64,000 nt of DNA from Candidatus Sericytochromatia bacterium (GCA_036676495.1 JAKFCT010000045.1:18898-82897), one strand, 5' to 3'. Positions 37,153 to 47,061 are shown, counted from the first letter of the stretch. Program-made: numbers and translations. The notes: a model not told the origin generated them from the letters alone.

Positions 37153-39036
37153 ATGGGAGCGCTTCAGAATCTCCTTCAAAACAAGAAACTGCTGGCCATC
37201 GTCGGGGGAGGCGTTGGCCTCCTCGTCGTGATCATCATCGTCGTGATGATGGCGATGGGCGGCGGCAAGAACAAGGAGAAAGAAGCGGAATCCTGGACCG
37301 TGCTCTTCCGCAAGATGGATGGAGTCTCGGCGGGCGAGGCTGCGGGCAAGCTGCAAGAAGCCAAGATCGAGAGCAAGCTGCTCGAGGACGGGACGGCGAT
37401 CGCCGTCAAGAAGGAGAACGCCGACAAGGCGCGCATCGCGCTCTCCTTGGCCGGCCTGCCCAAGAACGCCGAGCCCGGCTTTGAGATCTTCAACAAGAAG
37501 GACTTCATCTCCACCGACTTCGACAAGAAGATCGCCTTCCTCCGGGCCCTGCGCGGAGAGCTGAAGCGCCTCGTCAAGCAGATCGACGGCGTCGAGGACG
37601 CCGGCGTCATCGTCAACCTTCCCGAGGACACCCTCTTCCAGACCGAGCGCAAGCCCACCACCGCCGCCGTCATGGTCGTCATGCAGCGCGGGCGCTCCCT
37701 CAATCCCATGCAGGTGGAAGGCATCCAGCACCTCGTCGCCTCCTCGGTTCCCGGCCTCTTGACCGACAACGTCACCGTCACGGACAAGGACGGCCACCTC
37801 CTGTCCAGCGGCATGGAAGCCAACGCCGGCAACAAGGACGAGCGCAGCCTGATGCGCGCCCTCAACGAGCAGATGAAGGTCACCCGCCAGATGGAGGCCG
37901 ACCTCGAGAACCGTCTCACCTCGCTGCTGGACAAGCTGGTGGGCTCGGGCAAATCGGTCGTGCGCGTCAAGCTCGAACTGGACTTCAACAAGCGCCAGGT
38001 CATGAACCAGTTGCTGGCCCCCGTGCTCAACAACGGCGAGCCCGTGGCCGTCAACCGCACCCTCGTCGAGGAGCGCAACGGCACCGCCACCAACGGCGGC
38101 GTGCCCGGCGTGGCCTCGAACGTGCCTTCTTACCCGGCCCTGCCGAGCGAGATGGGCGGCGACAAGGAGTCCTACCGCAAGAACCTTCGCGAGCAGCAGG
38201 CCCTCAGCATGGAGCGCCAGCTCGTGAACACGGCCTCCGGCAACATCAAGCGCATGTCCATCGCCGTGCTGCTTCCCGAATCGGTGAAGCCCGACGGAGT
38301 GGAGCGCCTGCGCATGGTCATCGCGACCGCCGCCGGCGCCGACCAGGCCCGCCGCGACCAGGTGACCGTCGAGCGCGTGAAGTTCGACACCTCCCTCGAA
38401 GACGCCCTGAAAAAGGAGCTCGAGGACAAGGACGCCGCCTCCAAGAAGCCCAAGGGCAAGTCGGTCTCATGGGGCCTGGTCTGGGCCGCGGGCGGAGGAC
38501 TCTTGCTGCTCTTCCTGCTCATCGCCTTCATCCGCCGGGCAACCCGCAAGCAAGAGGACCCCTTGGCCGCGCTCACCGCGCTCAGCGGCGACGGCGATTC
38601 GCTGCCGTCGTTCGATCAGTCGGCTTTGGCCGGTATCCCGCCGGGCTTCGGCCAGATGGGCTTCGATCAGGACGCCCTCTCGGGTCAGATGGGTTACGAC
38701 CAGGGACTGCCCGGAGGCGATCCGTACGCCAACATGCAGTACGAGGAGCCTGCCATGATGGCGCCTCAGGCCCAGGCCATGGGCGGTGCGTTCGACTTCC
38801 TCTATGAGGTCGCCCCCGAGCAAGTCTCCGAACTCCTGGGCATGGAGAAGCCCCAGAGCGTCGCCGGCGTGCTGGCGCAGCTCGACCCGGGCTACGCCGA
38901 GCAGGTGCTCAACTACCTCTCGCCGGACATCCAGCAAGAGGTCTTCAACCGCTTGAACTCGGGCGCCTCCTTGCCCGCCATGACCCAGAAGATGCTGAGC
39001 CAGTCCCTGCGGCGGAAGCTCGGCGTCCCGGTCTAG
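37153..39036 (+). CDS. fliF: MS-ring protein FliF fused to a FliG middle-domain-like C-terminus
   Basis: FliF motifs GFEIF, RALRGEL, VNLPE.TLF, LVASSVPGL...NVTVTD..G, two TMs; tail FDFL...PEQV..LL..EKPQSVA.VLA.L resembles FliG_M (EHPQ motif). Confidence 0.9.
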   Translation: MGALQNLLQNKKLLAIVGGGVGLLVVIIIVVMMAMGGGKNKEKEAESWTVLFRKMDGVSAGEAAGKLQEAKIESKLLEDGTAIAVKKENADKARIALSLAGLPKNAEPGFEIFNKKDFISTDFDKKIAFLRALRGELKRLVKQIDGVEDAGVIVNLPEDTLFQTERKPTTAAVMVVMQRGRSLNPMQVEGIQHLVASSVPGLLTDNVTVTDKDGHLLSSGMEANAGNKDERSLMRALNEQMKVTRQMEADLENRLTSLLDKLVGSGKSVVRVKLELDFNKRQVMNQLLAPVLNNGEPVAVNRTLVEERNGTATNGGVPGVASNVPSYPALPSEMGGDKESYRKNLREQQALSMERQLVNTASGNIKRMSIAVLLPESVKPDGVERLRMVIATAAGADQARRDQVTVERVKFDTSLEDALKKELEDKDAASKKPKGKSVSWGLVWAAGGGLLLLFLLIAFIRRATRKQEDPLAALTALSGDGDSLPSFDQSALAGIPPGFGQMGFDQDALSGQMGYDQGLPGGDPYANMQYEEPAMMAPQAQAMGGAFDFLYEVAPEQVSELLGMEKPQSVAGVLAQLDPGYAEQVLNYLSPDIQQEVFNRLNSGASLPAMTQKMLSQSLRRKLGVPV

Positions 39037-39047
39037 GGCGCGGCTAG

Positions 39048-41162
39048 ATGATCGCCCTTCCGGGAGGAAAACAAGGCGGCCTCTTGGGCGACCTCGCCCT
39101 CGCCGCCATTGTCGTCATCATCCTGGGCATCCTCTTGCTGCCCCTGCCGACGATCATCCTGGACTTCCTGATCGTCTGCAACATCGTCATCTCGCTGATC
39201 ATCCTCTTCGTCGCCCTTTACCTGATCAAGCCGCTCGAGTTCGCGAGCTTCCCGTCGATGCTGCTGATCACGGCCTTGTACCGCATCAGCTTGTCGGTGG
39301 CCACCACCCGCTCGATTCTCCTCAACGGCGAGGCGGGACATATCATCGACTCGATGGCGAACATCGTCATGGGCGGCAACTTCCTGGTCGGCATCATCAT
39401 CTTCCTGATCCTGATCCTCGTGAACATGATCGTCATCACCGAGGGCGCCAAGCGCGTCGCCGAGGTGGCGGCGCGCTTCACCCTGGACGCCATGCCCGGT
39501 AAGCAGATGTCCATCGACGCGGACCTGGCCTCGGGCCTGATCGACGGCAACGAGGCCAAGGCCCGCCGCGAGAACCTCGTCCGCGAGTCGAGCTTCTTCG
39601 GCGCCATGGACGGCGCCAACAAGTTCGTGAAGGGCGACGTCATCATGGGCATCGTGCTGATCGTCGTCAACATCATCGGCGGCATCCTGATGGGCATCAT
39701 CTTCAAGCAGATGGACGTCATGCAGGCCATGCAGAAGTACACGCTGCTGACCGTCGGTGACGGCCTGGTGGGCTTGATTCCCTCGATCCTGATCTCGATG
39801 GCCGCCGGTTTCGTCACCACGCGCGCGGCCTCGGAGAACAACCTCTCCATCGACCTCAAGAACCAGGTCTTCGGCTCCCCCAAGACCATGGCCGTCGCGG
39901 CGGTGGTCGTCACCCTGATGGGCTTCATCCCCGGCTTCCCCGCCTACTTCTTCATCCCGCTGGGTCTGGTGCTCGGAGCGGTCGCCTTCATGAGCTTCCG
40001 CAAGTCGATGGCGCCTCCGCCCACCGACGACTACATGATGCCCGGCGACGACATGATGGACGACTACGCCCCCGAGGCCGACGAGGATCTCAAGAACCCC
40101 GAGAACGTCATGAAGATGCTCGGCGTGCCTCCGCTCACCCTGGAGCTGGGGCTCGACCTCGTGCCCCTGGTCGACCCGGGCCTGGGCGGCGAACTCATGG
40201 ATCGGGTGGTCCCCATGCGCGTGAACATCGCCCTCGACATGGGCTTCGTCATGCCGGGCATCCAGTTCAAGGACAACCTCAACCTCCGGCCCAACGCCTA
40301 CCAGATCCTGGTGAAGGGCAACGTGGTGGCCGGGGGCGAACTTCTGGTCGGCTACATGCTGGCGATTCAGCAAGCCATGACCGATACCAGCCAGGAGCTG
40401 GTGGGCTTCCCCACCACCGACCCCGCCTTCGGCAAGCCCGCGGTCTGGGTGGCCGGCGCCGAGGCCCAGCGGGCCGCTCAGCTCGGCTATCTGATCCAGG
40501 ACCCGACCAACGTGCTCACCGCGCACCTCGAAGAGGTGGTGCGGTCGTTCGCCCATGAGATCCTGAGCCGCGAGGAGGTCCAGATGATGCTGAACCGCCT
40601 CAAGGAGAAGGCTCCGGTCACGGTCAAGGATCTGGTGCCCGAGATCCTCTCGCTCTCGGAGGTCCAGCGCGTCCTGCAGGCCCTCATCCGCGAGCGCGTC
40701 AGCATCCGGGACCTCGCTACCATCCTCGAGAAACTGGCCGATTACGGCAAGATGACCAAGGACGTCTTCGTGCTCACCGAGCTGGTCCGCCAGTCGCTGG
40801 GCCGCCAGATCTGCGCGGGCCTGGCCGACGAGGAGGGCCAGATCACGGTCATCACCCTGGATGCCGGGGTCGAGAATACCGTTCAGCAATCGATTCAGCA
40901 GGGCCCCACCGGCCCCAGCCTGGCCATCAACCCGCAGATTGCTCAGCTCGTCTTGGCAAGGCTCGCCTCGGTACATCAGGAAGCCATCTCCAAGGGCTAC
41001 AATCCCTGCCTGATCACCAGCCCCGTCACCCGCCCGCACATCAAGGGCCTCATCGACCGCAACTTCCCGCAGATGGCGGTCATCTCCTTCGCCGAGATCT
41101 CGAGCAAGTACAAGGTCCAGTCGGTCGGCTCGGTTTCGATCGCCGTGGGGGCCGTGTCTTAG
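39048..41162 (+). CDS. flhA: flagellar export gate protein FlhA
   Basis: SFPSMLL, RVAEVAARFTLDAMPGKQMSIDADL, FFGAMDGANKFVKGD, DPAFG.PA.W, ERVSIRDL. Confidence 0.97.
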   Translation: MIALPGGKQGGLLGDLALAAIVVIILGILLLPLPTIILDFLIVCNIVISLIILFVALYLIKPLEFASFPSMLLITALYRISLSVATTRSILLNGEAGHIIDSMANIVMGGNFLVGIIIFLILILVNMIVITEGAKRVAEVAARFTLDAMPGKQMSIDADLASGLIDGNEAKARRENLVRESSFFGAMDGANKFVKGDVIMGIVLIVVNIIGGILMGIIFKQMDVMQAMQKYTLLTVGDGLVGLIPSILISMAAGFVTTRAASENNLSIDLKNQVFGSPKTMAVAAVVVTLMGFIPGFPAYFFIPLGLVLGAVAFMSFRKSMAPPPTDDYMMPGDDMMDDYAPEADEDLKNPENVMKMLGVPPLTLELGLDLVPLVDPGLGGELMDRVVPMRVNIALDMGFVMPGIQFKDNLNLRPNAYQILVKGNVVAGGELLVGYMLAIQQAMTDTSQELVGFPTTDPAFGKPAVWVAGAEAQRAAQLGYLIQDPTNVLTAHLEEVVRSFAHEILSREEVQMMLNRLKEKAPVTVKDLVPEILSLSEVQRVLQALIRERVSIRDLATILEKLADYGKMTKDVFVLTELVRQSLGRQICAGLADEEGQITVITLDAGVENTVQQSIQQGPTGPSLAINPQIAQLVLARLASVHQEAISKGYNPCLITSPVTRPHIKGLIDRNFPQMAVISFAEISSKYKVQSVGSVSIAVGAVS

Positions 41163-41289
41163 GCCTGGCGGTCCCCGCCGCCGCGCCGGCACTCCTGCTC
41201 GCGGAGCGATGAGACTTGCTGAGGGTCGAGCATTGTGGGAACATGGCAGGACCTGTCGCCCTGTTCGAACCACGAAGCGAGATTCATCG

Positions 41290-42600
41290 ATGAAGCCTCT
41301 CACCAAGCTCATGCCCCTGGCGGTTTCCGCCCTCGTTCTTGCGGGTTGTACGCCCCCCTGCATCCATAACAGCTCTAACGGCATGCCCACCCTGACGTCG
41401 CTGGGCATTCAAGACGCCCGCTCGCTTTTCATCGCGGGTCAGACCTCGGGCCAGTACCGGATTGCCAGCGGCCCCACCCAGCAGGCGCTCTACAAGGTGG
41501 ATGCCTCGGGAGCCGTCTCGGCCGTCGAGGCCAAGTTCGGCAGCGGCTCGGGTTACATGATGCTCTCGCTGAATCCCCAGTACGTGACCCAGATCTCCGA
41601 GAACTTCATCGTTCTCGGGACCAGCTGGGGCACCTTCCTCGTCCGTCGCACGGACGGCAAATCGGCGCGGCTCGATTCGACGCCCACGTACGTCATGAGC
41701 GACGGCATGCAGGCCCCCGTCCAGGCGGACAAGATCGGGAACATCTACCTGAACTCCCACCAGGAGGGCCTCTACAAGGTCGCCTTGCCAACCGAGCTGA
41801 CCTCTGACGACCTGACGAAGACCTCGATGATCAAGGGCGAACTGGAGCTGGTCCAGCAGTTTGCCGTGAATCACGCCGGCTACCTCGTCGCCACGGTCTC
41901 CCCCAAGTCCAACGGTCCCATGAATCCCAAGACGCGCCTTTACAAGCCGAGCGGAAGCGTCCAGAACCTTTCGACGAGTGGGCAATTCGGCGGCGGGTCC
42001 ATGTGGGTCGCCAAGGACGGTACGCTTTACATGCATGCCTACGGCTCCTCGGGCCCGGCTCTCCACATGCTCTCGGTGGATGCCAGCGGGAACGGGACGT
42101 TGGTGCCCGTCGAGGGATGGACGGAACCCAGCTACATGTCGATGCCCTACAACATGCCGGCGCTGCTTCCGGACCAGACGGTTCTCTCGGGCAACGAGTA
42201 TAGCCGGGAGACGAACGAGCAGCATCCCAACGGGATCGACCTCTACAAGCCCTATCTCTTCTTCGTGAAGGGAGCCAAGGCGACCAAGGAATACCTGACA
42301 AAGGTCGTCAAGGTCTCGGCGATCGCGGCATCCGCCACGACGGTCGTCATCCTGGGCACGGATCAGGCCGAGAACACCATGGTGAGCTCGTTCGACCCCG
42401 TGACGAAGGAGGAGAAGGTCCTCTTCAGCGATGCGAACTACCAGATCCTGAAGATGACGGTGGCCGCCAACGGGACGGTCACCCTCAACGCCCTGCGTCT
42501 GGCCGACAACACCTATGTCGTGGCGGACATCAAGGACGGAGCCCTCGCCGTCGCGAACTCGGAGTTGCCGCCCGTCAAGCAGTTCCTGACGCTGCAGTAG
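41290..42600 (+). CDS. lipoprotein with probable beta-propeller
   Basis: MKPL..LVLAGC lipobox; beta-rich repeats (DKIGNIY, KDGTLY). Confidence 0.75.
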   Translation: MKPLTKLMPLAVSALVLAGCTPPCIHNSSNGMPTLTSLGIQDARSLFIAGQTSGQYRIASGPTQQALYKVDASGAVSAVEAKFGSGSGYMMLSLNPQYVTQISENFIVLGTSWGTFLVRRTDGKSARLDSTPTYVMSDGMQAPVQADKIGNIYLNSHQEGLYKVALPTELTSDDLTKTSMIKGELELVQQFAVNHAGYLVATVSPKSNGPMNPKTRLYKPSGSVQNLSTSGQFGGGSMWVAKDGTLYMHAYGSSGPALHMLSVDASGNGTLVPVEGWTEPSYMSMPYNMPALLPDQTVLSGNEYSRETNEQHPNGIDLYKPYLFFVKGAKATKEYLTKVVKVSAIAASATTVVILGTDQAENTMVSSFDPVTKEEKVLFSDANYQILKMTVAANGTVTLNALRLADNTYVVADIKDGALAVANSELPPVKQFLTLQ

Positions 42601-42612
42601 CTCTTGATTCGA

Positions 42613-42647
42613 GGGGTGGCCGTGTCGAAGACACGGCCACCCTTTTT
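42613..42647 (+). terminator. intrinsic terminator
   Basis: GGGTGGCCGTGTC-GAA-GACACGGCCACCC-TTTTT. Confidence 0.85.
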
Positions 42648-42741
42648 GCTAGGGCAAGTTGCAAGAAAAACCTCGCCTTCATCTGCCCCTGGGGCATGCT
42701 AGGATGAGACCGCCCACGCATCCATCATTTGCGAGGCAAGC

Positions 42742-43836
42742 ATGCGCGAACCTGTGCTTGATGCTTTGAACCCGCTCGATCGGGGGCTGGAGGGTTTCCT
42801 GGCCCGGATGAAGGACCCGGCGTTCGTCGTGGAGGTCGCCTCCGGTCGGATCCTCCTCTGGAACCGCGCGGCTACCCAGCTCTTCGCTTATCCGGCATCC
42901 GAGGGGCACGGCTTGGCGCGGAGGCTTTCGTTGCCGAGAGCGCTGGTCGAGCGGGCGATCGTCTCCCCGTGCCCGGTGGAGTTCGAGAGCGAGCGCCTGG
43001 ATGGCCGCAGGATCTCCCTCGAGGTGACGCTCAGCCGCCTGGAGCAACCCGGCCAAGCCCTGGCCATCCTCCGGGATGCCACCGAGCGCAAATGCTCGGA
43101 CGAAGCGCGCGTGCGCTTCCTGAACGTGCTCTCCCACGAACTCAGGACCCCCATCAGCACGGTGCTGGGCTTTGGCAGCCTCGTGGTCGATGGTCTCGCG
43201 GGACCGCTCAGCGATCAGCAGCGCCATTACCTCCAGCGGCTCTTGGTGGCCGCCGACGATCTTCACGCCCTCGTCAACGATCTGCTCGACCTGGGCCAGC
43301 TTCACGCCGGCCGCTTCGTGATGCATCGTCAGCCCTTCTCCCTCTCGGCGGCCGTCACCGAGGTGATCGAAGGGCTCGCGCCCCAGGCCGAAGCCAAGCG
43401 GCTGACGATCCGCCATGAGGTCCCCGCGGATCTCATGGCCATCCCGGCGGATGGGAAGCGGATCGCCCAGGTCTTGCGGAACCTCCTGGGGAACGCCATC
43501 AAGTACAGCCCCGACGCGGGGAATGTCCGCGTCCGGGGCGGCCTCGAGGAGGGTTGCCTGCTCTGCGAGATCGAGGATACCGGCCCAGGGATCCCCGAAG
43601 AGGCACATGCGCGCCTCTTCGAGCCCTTCGTCAGGCTGGGAGACCCGGAGGTTCCCGGGACCGGCCTCGGGTTGAACATCGCCAAGGCCTTGGTGGAAGC
43701 GCATGACGGGAGGATCGGTGTCCGCCGCCGCTCGGGACCGGGTACGATCTTCTGGTTCACGCTCCCGATCGTCCCGTTGGACGCGCTAACCTGCACCTCA
43801 CGGCAGAGCAAGGGACCCGCAACAAACGCCGGGTAA
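42742..43836 (+). CDS. PAS sensor histidine kinase
   Basis: PAS (LLWNRAA..LF.Y), SHELRTP, NAIKY, DTGPG, GTGLGL. Confidence 0.9.
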   Translation: MREPVLDALNPLDRGLEGFLARMKDPAFVVEVASGRILLWNRAATQLFAYPASEGHGLARRLSLPRALVERAIVSPCPVEFESERLDGRRISLEVTLSRLEQPGQALAILRDATERKCSDEARVRFLNVLSHELRTPISTVLGFGSLVVDGLAGPLSDQQRHYLQRLLVAADDLHALVNDLLDLGQLHAGRFVMHRQPFSLSAAVTEVIEGLAPQAEAKRLTIRHEVPADLMAIPADGKRIAQVLRNLLGNAIKYSPDAGNVRVRGGLEEGCLLCEIEDTGPGIPEEAHARLFEPFVRLGDPEVPGTGLGLNIAKALVEAHDGRIGVRRRSGPGTIFWFTLPIVPLDALTCTSRQSKGPATNAG

Positions 43837-43859
43837 GAAGAGGCCGAGGAGGAACCCCC

Positions 43860-43967
43860 TTGAAACCCAAGTCTCAGGCCATGAGCATGGCAGCCCTCTA
43901 CCTGGCCACCTACCTTGCGGTGCTCTCGCTGCTCGTTTACCTTTTCATCGCGCCTTCCGCCCTTTAG
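43860..43967 (+). CDS. small single-TM protein (35 aa, KdpF-like hydrophobic stretch)
   Basis: GAGGAGG RBS, TTG start, MKPKSQAMSMAALYLATYLAVLSLLVYLFIAPSAL, followed by a hairpin at 43989-44017. Confidence 0.5.
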   Translation: MKPKSQAMSMAALYLATYLAVLSLLVYLFIAPSAL

Positions 43968-44312
43968 CGGCAGGCCCCCAAAAAGGACGATAGGCCCCCT
44001 CCGGAAAGGGGCCTATCAGAAGGTATTCAGTGATCCTATCAGGTCCGATCCCATCCGGCTAAGATCCCACCCGGTTGTCGATCACCAACTGGATCTAGCC
44101 TAGCAAAGCCGCATTAGGAGCGGAACTCCGCTGTGTTCGGCTTTCATCAAATCTCCGACAAATTTGGATAAAATCGAAACGCCTGAAAGGCCTTCAGGGA
44201 GGTGGTTTCCGCTCCGAAAAGACGGGAGTTTCCCTCATGGAGCGGGGTTCCGGCAAGGTGGGGCCGGGGGAATCGCCCGGATCGCGGGTTCGCGCCCGTG
44301 ACCTTGGAGGGC

Positions 44313-44834
44313 CTAGAGGAGCTTGGTACGGAACTCGAGCGTCACGTCGTCCGCCTGCACGGTGGACTTCATCTGGAAGGTCTGGCTACCCTTCGCCGAG
44401 AGTGAGATGACCCGGTACTGCAACTCGACCTCGCGTCCCTTCAGGGTGAAGCTCGCCAGCAGGAAGCCCAGCTGAGGCGTGGCTTCGTGGTTCTTGACGG
44501 TGATCTGGGCGTCGCAGCGCTCCCAGCTGAACATGCCGGGCAAGTCCTTGGAAACCAGCTGGACCTCGACTCCGCTCAGGACGGGAGCCGACGCGGTCGC
44601 GGCGGGAAGGGTCTCGCCGATGACGGGAAGCGTGGTGTCCACGTACGGGTTCTGCGTCCAGTTGCCGGTCGTCCCGGTGTTGCTCGAGGGACTTGTGTAG
44701 TAGGCGTCGCTGTAAGGCGTGGTGGTCGTGTAGGAGCTCTGCGGGGAAACCGTGGTCCCGGCATCGCTCCCGCAGCCCGCGAGGGCAAGTCCTAGGACCA
44801 GCCAGATCGGAAAGCGTGTTTGCAGCTTCTTCAT
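44313..44834 (-). CDS. lipoprotein of unknown function (paralog A)
   Basis: MKKL..LALAGC lipobox; Thr/Ser linker; C-terminal domain LPGMFSWERC shared with the neighbour. Confidence 0.75.
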   Translation of the reverse strand: MKKLQTRFPIWLVLGLALAGCGSDAGTTVSPQSSYTTTTPYSDAYYTSPSSNTGTTGNWTQNPYVDTTLPVIGETLPAATASAPVLSGVEVQLVSKDLPGMFSWERCDAQITVKNHEATPQLGFLLASFTLKGREVELQYRVISLSAKGSQTFQMKSTVQADDVTLEFRTKLL

Positions 44835-44888
44835 CGCGGGCTCCTTCGGATCGGGGGAGGGGCTCTCCCCGCGATCGCGCATCCGGGG

Positions 44889-45482
44889 TTAGGGGGTAAT
44901 CGTCACGCGGGCGTCGTCGGCGTGCTTCTCCGAGCGGTAGGGCCCGTAAGAGCGGATTTCAGCCGGGGCCAGCACGATGGAATAAACTTGCTTCTCGACT
45001 TCCTGGCCCTTGAGCGTGTAGGTGATGGTCAGGTTGCCGGTCTGGGTGCGGAGGAACGAGGGGTTATGCACCTGAGCGGTGATCTCGCACTTCTCCCAAG
45101 CCAGGAAGCCGGGGAACTCCTTCTTGATGATGGAGGCCGACAGGGTGTTCCCGCTCGTCGGAGGAGGGGTGGGAGTCGCCGTGGGGGTCGGAGAGGGGCT
45201 CGGAGACGGGCTCGGGCTGGCCGTGGGATCCGCGCTCGGAGTGGGAGTGGGGTCCGGGGTCGGGGTGACGTCCGGAGTCGGAGTGGGATCCACGCTCCAG
45301 TCCGCCGTGGGAGAAGCGGTGGGGTTGGTGTAAAAATCGTCCTGGTAGTAGGAGGTGTCGTCGTTTCCGGAGATCGGATCGACCTGGGCGCCGGATCGAC
45401 CGCCACAACCCGCGGCGATCACCGTCAGCCCGAGGCAAAGGGCAATCATGAGACGTTGGCCGTAATGGGATGGGCGAATCAT
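44889..45482 (-). CDS. lipoprotein with PT/PS-rich linker (paralog B)
   Basis: IAAGC lipobox; (PT)n/(PS)n; C-terminal domain [10 protein letters not shown]. Confidence 0.78.
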   Translation of the reverse strand: MIRPSHYGQRLMIALCLGLTVIAAGCGGRSGAQVDPISGNDDTSYYQDDFYTNPTASPTADWSVDPTPTPDVTPTPDPTPTPSADPTASPSPSPSPSPTPTATPTPPPTSGNTLSASIIKKEFPGFLAWEKCEITAQVHNPSFLRTQTGNLTITYTLKGQEVEKQVYSIVLAPAEIRSYGPYRSEKHADDARVTITP

Positions 45483-45652
45483 TGTTCTCTCCTCCAGTGC
45501 GGGGCTTTCGGTCGCTCCTCCCGCCGGAAGTCTCGGCGGCGGATGGCGTCTGGCGCTCCTAACACTATATGGACGGAGAACCGGGAGAACTGACCCGTCG
45601 GAGGCAAAGGCTGGGTTAACTTCTCCGTAAAGTTTGGCGGGGCGGTCCGGGG

Positions 45653-46312
45653 CTAGCGCGGACCGCGCTCGGCGACGTTGATCACCTGATAGACCCCGGT
45701 CTGGAACTCGGCGGGCAGCGGATAGCTGGAGAGCAAGGTCTGGCCCGGCTCCTTGTTACTCCGCTCCGCCGCATCCTTGGCAATCCGCTGGGCGAATAGC
45801 TGGACTTGCGGATCCTGGGCGATCCGGGAGAAGTCCCAGCCCTGGATCGACCGCCCCATCTGGTGGGAGGCCTTCAAGCCGAGCAGGATCGCCGTCGAGG
45901 TCGCGGAGATCTGCACCCGACTGAAGCTGCCCTGCGCGCGAATCTGCGCCGGGGCCGAGTATACCGCCGCCCCCAGGCTGTTGCGCAGGGTGATCTCGTA
46001 GAGGCTGGGGCCCTCGCTGAGCTGGGTCTGGGGCACCGATACCGAAAAATCCCCCGTCGAGCTCACGATGGTCCCGCTGGCCAGCATCGCGCCGTCCAGC
46101 TTCGACAGGCTGACCCGGAACCCCCGCGGGGCCGGCACGCTGCCCGCCATCACCAGGTAGTCGTCCGGAATCTCCGCCGTCCCGCTGATCACCACCAGCG
46201 GAGGCAAGTTGTGCTCGGGGCTCATCCTGGGCAAGGCGCAGCCACTCAGCACCAGCCCCAGGAGGCCGGCGAGGCCCACATGCTTGCAAGTCGAAAAAGA
46301 AATCGCCCGCAT
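45653..46312 (-). CDS. lipoprotein of unknown function
   Basis: Start MRAISF after GGAGG; LVLSGC lipobox; Ig-like beta pattern. Confidence 0.7.
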   Translation of the reverse strand: MRAISFSTCKHVGLAGLLGLVLSGCALPRMSPEHNLPPLVVISGTAEIPDDYLVMAGSVPAPRGFRVSLSKLDGAMLASGTIVSSTGDFSVSVPQTQLSEGPSLYEITLRNSLGAAVYSAPAQIRAQGSFSRVQISATSTAILLGLKASHQMGRSIQGWDFSRIAQDPQVQLFAQRIAKDAAERSNKEPGQTLLSSYPLPAEFQTGVYQVINVAERGPR

Positions 46313-46389
46313 GGTCACCTCCCGAAGGGAGCCTAACATGCGGGCCTCATGAATGGCCTGGTCGGTTTGCCAGGCTTTTTCATCACGCG

Positions 46390-47040
46390 CTAGTTCGGGA
46401 AGTACTGCCGGAATTCGCGCTCGCTCAGGACCGTGTAACGCCCCGGATAGAGCCCGCTCAGATCGTCGGAGACCATGAAGCGCCGGCGCTTCTCGCTTCC
46501 CGTTTCCCGGAAGCTCACCCAGAAGGAATCCACCGGCCCGGGCGTCACCTCCACCGAGCCCCAATCCAGCTCGGGAGTCTGCTCGCCGAAGAGCGACCGC
46601 AGCTGAACCACCTTCTGGACGGCGATCGCCAGCTCCAATTCGTAATCCGAGTTCGCGTTCACCGGAAGGTTCAGCAACTGCCCCGTCTTGACCATCGAAT
46701 TGCCGCCATTGCGCGCGATCAGATCCTTGGCGTAGGCCCCCACCGCGTCGTCCTTCGCATAGTGACGGGCGATCTTCCAGTAATAATCTCCTTGCTGGGC
46801 CTTGAGGGCCAGGACGTCACCCGCCTTCACCGTGACCTGGCGAATCTCGGTCGCCATCACCGGGGCCGAGGCCTCGACCTTCGCCGCAGGGGCCGCCTTG
46901 CCGACGGACTTCACCAAGGAATCGGCGGGCAGGGCCTGATAAGCCCGATCGCCCGTCGAAAGGCCGACGGGCTGGGCCGAATAGGTGCGCGTCGGCCCGA
47001 AGAGGATCGCACTCCAGCGCGGAGCGGTGGCATTCATCAT
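46390..47040 (-). CDS. LysM-like domain protein without Sec signal
   Basis: Start MMNATAP with GGAGG RBS; AQQGDYYWKIARHY...LIARN....VKTGQLLNLP is LysM-like. Confidence 0.72.
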   Translation of the reverse strand: MMNATAPRWSAILFGPTRTYSAQPVGLSTGDRAYQALPADSLVKSVGKAAPAAKVEASAPVMATEIRQVTVKAGDVLALKAQQGDYYWKIARHYAKDDAVGAYAKDLIARNGGNSMVKTGQLLNLPVNANSDYELELAIAVQKVVQLRSLFGEQTPELDWGSVEVTPGPVDSFWVSFRETGSEKRRRFMVSDDLSGLYPGRYTVLSEREFRQYFPN

Positions 47041-47061
47041 TAACCTCCAGATTACTGTATG

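Noticed and set aside
44020-44310. oriC or c-di-GMP riboswitch
   Set aside because: Only one imperfect DnaA box, no AT-rich unwinding element; the GEMM GAAA-tetraloop/receptor architecture could not be built
45170-45310. Low-complexity GGGGTC/GGAGTG repeats
   Set aside because: Simply encode the PT/PS linker of a lipoprotein
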